Shown here: piece after piece, positions 34,995 through 40,000 of the stretch
Numbering within the stretch: position 1 is the stretch's first letter
How the letters are laid out: every line of letters begins with the position of its first letter
Notes under the pieces: model-generated
What the model saw: only the letters and a program-made list of their open reading frames with translations
Told to the model about the DNA's origin: nothing
Database searches by the model: none
Source of the DNA: Syntrophaceticus sp.
Lineage (GTDB): Bacteria; Bacillota; DSM-12270; Thermacetogeniales; Thermacetogeniaceae
DNA: 40,000 nucleotides
Assembly (NCBI GenBank): GCA_050949745.1
Contig: JBMNGF010000001.1
Span: forward strand, 18,649-58,648
Direction: 5' to 3'
Made by a program: the position numbers and the translations under genes

Positions 34995-35999
34995 CTATTC
35001 ATCCCTTTCTTTCAGAGTATACTTTCGCAGCTTAGCTCCTTTGTAATAATGAGCAAGGATCTGATCGTATTTTGCACCACTGTCAGCAAGGCCATCAGCC
35101 CCATACTGGCACATTCCTACCGCGTGCCCATACCCTTGAGTGGAGAAAACCACCTCTTCACCGGTACTGGTTACCTTAAAAGCCGTGGAACGCAGTCCCA
35201 GCTCTTTGCGCAGATCGACCCCTTTAAAGACTTGGGAACCCACCTTAACACTCTTCACCCGCCCACTTGCAGTTCTTTCCTGAATCTGCAGCACACTGCC
35301 ACCAGCTGCCACAGGAACAGATCCTTCGCTGATCCCCAACCGAGAATAGAAATCCTGTAGAGATAATTGTGTAACAACCGGTTCCTGTCTGTGGGGAGGG
35401 TCATAACTACAGGAAACACTTTTCAAATAGGGTACTTCATGCCCCCAAACCTCCTGTGCATCCTCAGTAGCTGTCCCCCCACAGCTGGCGTGATAAACCG
35501 GGTCAATCAATTCGCCTTCATAGGTCAAAACCTCATCCCGGGTAGCCTCTACTGCTGCAACAATCTTATTGTAATTGGTGCGGTAATGCCAACCCCAGCG
35601 CTTCCGCATTTCTGTTGTATCGATCCAGGCCTGACAGTGATTTGAATCAGCACAGAGCTGGGCAGTGGGGTGCTCTTCGTCATGGGATTCACCGAGTATC
35701 CGCAGCAGAGTATAGGTACGGGCCACTACCGCCTGTGCCTTTATAGCCTCCTCATTAAAGGAAGCGGGCATCTCTGCTGCCACAACCCCACAGAGATACT
35801 GCTCTAACGGAATATTTATCACCTGTTCTGTTGTAAGCATCAGCTTCACCTGCAGCCCTCCGACCTCTTGCTTCATATGTTGTTCCCCACTCTCCCAACT
35901 ACAGCCCCGCACCAATAAAACAGGCAAGGCTATCACTATCAGGGTCAAGACAATAACCACATAGCCCAGCCAACGATAACCCCTCAATCTATTGTTCAT
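34995..35999 (-). CDS. spoIID: stage II sporulation protein D (lytic transglycosylase)
   Basis: It has an N-terminal anchor plus the SpoIID-family blocks AQAVVARTYTL, HCQAW, VYHASCGGTAT and GHAVGMCQYGA. Confidence 0.88.
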   Translation of the reverse strand: MNNRLRGYRWLGYVVIVLTLIVIALPVLLVRGCSWESGEQHMKQEVGGLQVKLMLTTEQVINIPLEQYLCGVVAAEMPASFNEEAIKAQAVVARTYTLLRILGESHDEEHPTAQLCADSNHCQAWIDTTEMRKRWGWHYRTNYNKIVAAVEATRDEVLTYEGELIDPVYHASCGGTATEDAQEVWGHEVPYLKSVSCSYDPPHRQEPVVTQLSLQDFYSRLGISEGSVPVAAGGSVLQIQERTASGRVKSVKVGSQVFKGVDLRKELGLRSTAFKVTSTGEEVVFSTQGYGHAVGMCQYGADGLADSGAKYDQILAHYYKGAKLRKYTLKERDE

Positions 36000-36344
36000 C
36001 CCTCAACCCCTCTTTCCAGGAACACTTCACTGATAAACTGCCCCGAAAAAGATGTACGTAATAATTTGTTCAGCTAATAACAAAACACTATCCTTCCATA
36101 ATTATGAAATGGAAGAGCCAATTAGAACACACCCTGTGACCTACAGCAAGTCACTTTACCTCCCAGCCATCTGTTGTTATCTACCCTGTGTCTGCTGAAG
36201 AACCTGTCCACGACCTTTACACACCTTGTTCAAGGGTTTTCCCCTATTTATCCACAGAGAGGAGACCGCTAAACTTATAAACAGGAGAGACTTTGCATAG
36301 TTTAGGAAGCTTGCTGAATATACATTAACCAAAGGTGGTGGTAA

Positions 36345-36878
36345 ATGATGAAGAGAAAATTTCATACGGTGCGAGGTTATCAACTGCTGGAACAAAAAAA
36401 GAATACACTCACCCCGGCAATGGAGGACTACCTGGAAATGATCTACCGAGCCAGTCAAAAGGATGGCTATATCCGCATCACTAACCTCTCTGCCCTTCTC
36501 AATGTGCGGGCACCCTCAGCTACAAAGATGGTCCAGAAGCTCAGCCAACTTAAACTGCTCCACTATAAGAGATATGGGATCATCTTTCTCACAGAAAGTG
36601 GAGAGGAAATAGGTAAGTTTTTATTGGAAAGGCATAATTCTGTAGAAAAATTCCTTCGGTTTCTAGGTGTAGGAGAAAACCTTCTGGTGGAAACGGAGTT
36701 GATAGAGCATAATATCAGCCTGCACACCCTGCAGCTCCTGGCATCTTTTAATCAGTTCCTAGAGGATAACCCCTATGTCAGAGAACAGTTTGATTCCTTC
36801 AAAAAGAATCAGAACAAGAAGGTACATAATGAACCAGATACAGCTGAAATAATTAAGCAAGGTAAATCATCTGTTTGA
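36345..36878 (+). CDS. DtxR/MntR-family metal-dependent transcriptional repressor
   Basis: MEDYLEMIY is the hallmark start of the winged HTH, followed by SATKMVQKLSQLKLL and the dimerisation helix HNSVEKFL. AAAGGTGGTGG lies before ATG 36345. The 25-residue N-terminal extension is unusual (alt start ATG 36420). Confidence 0.8.
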   Translation: MMKRKFHTVRGYQLLEQKKNTLTPAMEDYLEMIYRASQKDGYIRITNLSALLNVRAPSATKMVQKLSQLKLLHYKRYGIIFLTESGEEIGKFLLERHNSVEKFLRFLGVGENLLVETELIEHNISLHTLQLLASFNQFLEDNPYVREQFDSFKKNQNKKVHNEPDTAEIIKQGKSSV

Positions 36879-36945
36879 CATACTCCCCATCCCTGTCCGC
36901 GTGCCCGTCCGGCAGGCGGAGAGAACTCCCCTTGGGTCATTTGGC

Positions 36946-37674
36946 CTAGTATTCGCAGGATATTAAGGGTGTGCCTAGCAATATCTGTGTTTCCTGTTCC
37001 TTACGGACTGCTGCAAGATTAAGATTGATCTTCTCTCCGCCGGCGATGGCAGCATCTGAGAGTTGGGGAGCGTATCCAGTGAAGCTTACATATCTATCGG
37101 TACACAAGGTGCCTGTAACATCTGCCCCCAGATGGCTGAACATGGCTTTTCCAAAGCCAAGCAATGCTCCCTCATCCATCGGAAAAGCTATTTTCCCGCA
37201 CACAGTCAGGTAAATGCCACTCTCTCTCCCTAGAGAAGAAAGGGCATCCCTGATTTTTTTTTCCCAGGCCAGGCTATTTCGAAGATCAGGGGAAAGGATG
37301 CATTCGATCAAAATATAGACTTCATTGTTTTTCTCATTATTTATATCCTGAACAGATGCCTTCAGATGAAAATCATCTGCCTTATGCCTTATCTGAAATA
37401 GCTCCCCTTCAGTGGTGACTGTAGTCTCTTTTAACCCATCTTCCAATCCCAATTTCTCCCCCAATATCCCTTTTTCCCAGACCGATCTAGCTGTACCTAT
37501 ATTTCTGACAACTGCCCAACCCTCCAGATGAAAACCTTCCACATCCACCCCGCTTGAGGCCATAACACCGGACAGCATATCAAAAGCATAGTGTTCATCT
37601 TCGATAATATTTCCGGTGAATAACAGAGCCAACGAAATAGCTGTAACCAGCACTAAAAAAAGCGATTTTTTCAC
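36946..37674 (-). CDS. ywmB: YwmB-family protein (DUF1779, secreted or lipid-anchored)
   Basis: It has the signal peptide MKKSLFLVLVTAISLALLF. Size and overall pattern resemble B. subtilis YwmB, which also lies near spoIID. This call is from memory of the family and is not motif-proof. Confidence 0.55.
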   Translation of the reverse strand: MKKSLFLVLVTAISLALLFTGNIIEDEHYAFDMLSGVMASSGVDVEGFHLEGWAVVRNIGTARSVWEKGILGEKLGLEDGLKETTVTTEGELFQIRHKADDFHLKASVQDINNEKNNEVYILIECILSPDLRNSLAWEKKIRDALSSLGRESGIYLTVCGKIAFPMDEGALLGFGKAMFSHLGADVTGTLCTDRYVSFTGYAPQLSDAAIAGGEKINLNLAAVRKEQETQILLGTPLISCEY

Positions 37675-37845
37675 AAATGCCGGACTTCCTCCCTATACCA
37701 CATTTTCCCCGTATTCTTCCCTTCATAAAAATTCTTATTCTGTACGGAGAAATTCATCCACATATGTATCTTTGTTCAATAATTTTATAAAATAAGGCAG
37801 GAATTTTCCCAAGATCGGCGAATTGTCTTAATATAGTTAAATATA

Positions 37846-37944
37846 ATAACTCCGAGTCCGCTGTCCTGTGGCAATTGCTATGGCAGCCGGACCGATAGGG
37901 TGTACCCGGAAACGGATATGCCTCCCAGTGCGGAAAGGAGATTG
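37846..37944 (+). promoter_or_regulatory. molybdenum/tungsten cofactor (Moco-type) riboswitch candidate
   Basis: It contains the conserved words I associate with the Moco RNA motif in the right order: CUCCGAGUC (37850-37858), GCCUCCC (37920-37926) and GGAAAGGAG (37932-37940). Internal hairpins lie between them (GUCCG...CGGAC, GGCAAUUGCU). It sits upstream of a molybdopterin/tungstopterin formate dehydrogenase. Confidence 0.6.
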
Positions 37945-37960
37945 TGGCTAAGACTTACTG

Positions 37961-37996
37961 GCCGGGGTGCTTTTCGTACCCCGGTTTTTATTTTGC
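37961..37996 (+). terminator. intrinsic terminator (expression platform of the riboswitch)
   Basis: GCCGGGGTGC-TTTT-CGTACCCCGG is followed by TTTTTATTTT. Confidence 0.7.
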
Positions 37997-38140
37997 ATAC
38001 TGCCATTATGACACTAAAAGGGGGGGATGTCTGCAGTTAACTTATTTTTGCTGTTATAATTTATTAATGTTTTTAAGATTCGCTATCTTCTCACAAAATG
38101 AACTCTAGGCAAACCGATAATCTTTTTTCACATTCCTTTT

Positions 38141-38201
38141 CCCCATAATTTTAGATTGTCTTTCCCTTCGGGCGGAGGGAAAGACAATCTGGGGCTTTTT
38201 T
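38141..38201 (+). terminator. strong intrinsic terminator inside the fdhA leader
   Basis: A perfect 15-bp stem, AGATTGTCTTTCCCT (38153-38167) / AGGGAAAGACAATCT (38176-38190), has an 8-nt loop. It is extended by CCCC/GGGG and followed by CTTTTTTG. Confidence 0.75.
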
Positions 38202-38456
38202 GCATTACTTAAATTGGAACAAACACAGTCACATTTGCTCTCCTTTTTGATAGAAAATTTTACAACATCCCCATCACGAGATTGTTGCCGGCATTTTATT
38301 GGTGGTCTATACAGTTAGCTGAATTTGACTCATGTGGCTTATTTGTTCAATTGCTATAACAGCTTGCGTTCTACTCAGATAGTATTCTTACCTGTGAATT
38401 ATGGATTTTCTGTATGACCGTTCATTAAGACTAAATCTAAGAAAGGAGTGGTATCT

Positions 38457-40000
38457 GTGGAACTTGTCAAGATAACCATTGATGGAAAGGAGGTCGAAGT
38501 TCCAGCCGGGATTTCAGTTTTGGAAGCAGCAGAAAGGATAGGGATACACATACCGCGGCTCTGCCATGATCCGGATCTGAGTGATGTAGGGGCCTGCCGA
38601 CTCTGTGTTGTGGAAGTGGAAGGAATGCGCAATCTACCGGCATCCTGCGTCACTATAGTGACTGACGGTATGGTAGTGCGTACAAACACAGACCCTGTCA
38701 TGGAGGCACGTAAAACCATTCTGGAACTGCTCGTTGCTAACCACCCGCTGGACTGCCTCACCTGTGAAAAACTAGGTGACTGTGCACTGGCGGAATACTG
38801 CTACCAGTATGGTGTCACAGAAAATACCTTTATCAATCCTGAAAAACACAGCTATGAACTGGAGGACAGCAATCCCTTCTTCGTACGTGATCTCAACAAA
38901 TGCATTGTCTGCGGCAGGTGCATAAGGGCATGCGCTGAAATGACCTGCAAGGACATCATCGATTTCAACTACCGGGGATTTAATACCAAGGTTGGTCCCT
39001 TCGGTGATACCGATATGGCCAGCTCAGACTGTGTCTACTGCGGCAATTGTGTAGCTGTCTGTCCTACCGGTGCTCTGACTGAAAAACAAATGCAGGGCAA
39101 AGGGCGGAGATGGGAGTATGAAAGAGTTACAACCACATGCCCCTTTTGTGGCACAGGATGCAACTTTGACCTGATGGTGAAGGACGGCAAGATCGCCGGT
39201 GTAACCTCTAACCCAAACAGCCCAGTCAACGGAAAACAGCTTTGCATAAAGGGCCGTTTTGGCTGGGATTTCGTACACAATGAAAAGCGCCTGACATCCC
39301 CTCTAGTCAAAAAAAATGGGGAGTTCGTCCCTGTTTCCTGGGATGAAGCTTTTGATACCATTGCAACACGCTTTAATGAGATTAAAGAAAAATACGGAGG
39401 CAACTCTTTTGCAGCTTTAAGTTCAGCCAGGTGTACCAATGAAGAAAACTACCTGGTCCAAAAATTCACAAGGGCGGTGATGGGCACAAACAACGTGGAC
39501 CACTGTGCCCGTACCTGACACGCGCCAACTGTGGCCGGTCTGGCCACATCATTTGGTAGTGGTGCCATGACAAATTCCATCAATGAAATATTAGGGGCCG
39601 AACTTTTATTCCTTATAGGGACAAACACAACTGAAGCTCATCCTGTTATCGGTTACAAGATGAAGCAAGCCAAGCGAGCAGGTACCAAACTAATTGTCAT
39701 AGATCCACGGCGCACCGAGCTTGCTGAAGAGGCAGATTATTGGCTTCAGCTCAACCCAGGCACAGATATCCCGCTGCTTAACGGGATCATGCACATCATC
39801 ATCAAAGAGAATCTCTATGACAAAAAGTTTGTTGAAGAGCGCACTGAGAACTTCGAAGCTCTTAAAGAAACAGTGGAAAAGTATACACCAGAATATGCCT
39901 CAGAAATAAGCGGCGTACCAGTAGAAGACATCTATGCAGTAGCACGCCTCTATGCGAAAACTGATAAAGCCGGGCTTTTCTACACACTAGGGATCACCGA
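38457..40000 (+). CDS. fdhA: selenocysteine-containing formate dehydrogenase catalytic subunit (N-terminal 2Fe-2S/4Fe-4S domains + molybdopterin domain), 3' end outside window
   Basis: GTG 38457 lies 8 nt after AAAGGAG. It has 2Fe-2S ferredoxin-like Cys (CxxxxxxxxxxCRLC), two 4Fe-4S motifs (CIVCGRCIRAC, CVYCGNCVAVCP) and the MopB 4Fe-4S (CPFCGTGC). In-frame TGA at 39516-39518 sits in the context VDHCART-U-HAPTVAGL, and the frame stays open to position 40000. Confidence 0.9.
39525..39556 (+). promoter_or_regulatory. SECIS-like hairpin downstream of the UGA codon
   Basis: CCAA-CT-GTGGCC-GGUCU-GGCCAC-AUCAU-UUGG starts 7 nt after the UGA. The apical GGUCU loop resembles the E. coli fdhF SECIS. 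Confidence 0.6.

Noticed and set aside
36248-36256. A single perfect DnaA box, TTATCCACA, lies ~90 nt upstream of the DtxR-family gene.
   Set aside because: One perfect 9-mer on either strand in 40 kb is expected by chance about 0.3 times, and no neighbouring boxes of good quality are present. It is not reported as a feature.
39024-39439. Minus-strand ORFs 39024-39278 and 39035-39439, and ORF 38399-38761, overlap fdhA.
   Set aside because: They are antisense to a motif-rich Fe-S/molybdopterin coding frame, so they are shadow ORFs.

Overview
This 40 kb window comes from a spore-forming Firmicute. The gene content (selenocysteine formate dehydrogenase, fhs, hypAB, spoIIE/spoIID/spoIIID/yabPQ) suggests a Peptococcaceae or Desulfitobacterium-like anaerobe, but that taxon guess is inference only. 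All family calls rest on motif recognition by eye, because no database search was possible. Nearly all genes lie on the minus strand.

**Positions 1-13.2 kb (accessory-looking):**
- An uncharacterised four-gene membrane operon sits opposite a divergent 515-aa XRE-HTH regulator.
- A block at 4.3-7.4 kb holds tandem G/C-rich repeat arrays, one IS1182-like insertion sequence and two truncated genes.
- A Crp/Fnr-regulator, P1B-ATPase, two stand-alone HMA proteins and ScdA/RIC form a cluster with two near-identical FNR-type boxes.
- A sensor diguanylate cyclase follows.

**Positions 13.2-29.6 kb (core):**
- yhhQ and folE are followed by panD, panC, panB and a DUF2520 gene.
- Then come folK, folB, folP, an HD-domain gene, fhs and ndk.
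- ftsH, tilS, a short spoIIE and three tRNAs (fMet, Met, Glu) complete the block.

**Positions 29.8-40 kb:**
- hypB, hypA, a DUF606 gene, a ppx/gppA-like gene and divIC come first.
- A small HTH gene sits behind a DnaA-box cluster.
- yabQ, yabP, spoIIID, spoIID, a DtxR-family repressor and ywmB follow.
- A Moco-type riboswitch and two terminators lead into a selenocysteine fdhA that runs off the window.

**Most interesting observations:**
1. A mosaic repeat family (GTCCCCTTGACTCA / GTCCCCCTGTCAC words) forms tandem arrays. It was hit by the IS, brackets the gene remnants, and recurs in spacers across the window.
2. Three DnaA boxes lie within 32 bp in front of a small HTH gene inserted into the yabPQ-divIC block.
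3. A putative Crp/Fnr regulon links a P1B-ATPase carrying a non-canonical CPG motif to ScdA.
4. The pan/fol operons contain unusually long, structured spacers.
5. The fdhA leader combines a riboswitch with a separate promoter-terminator unit.
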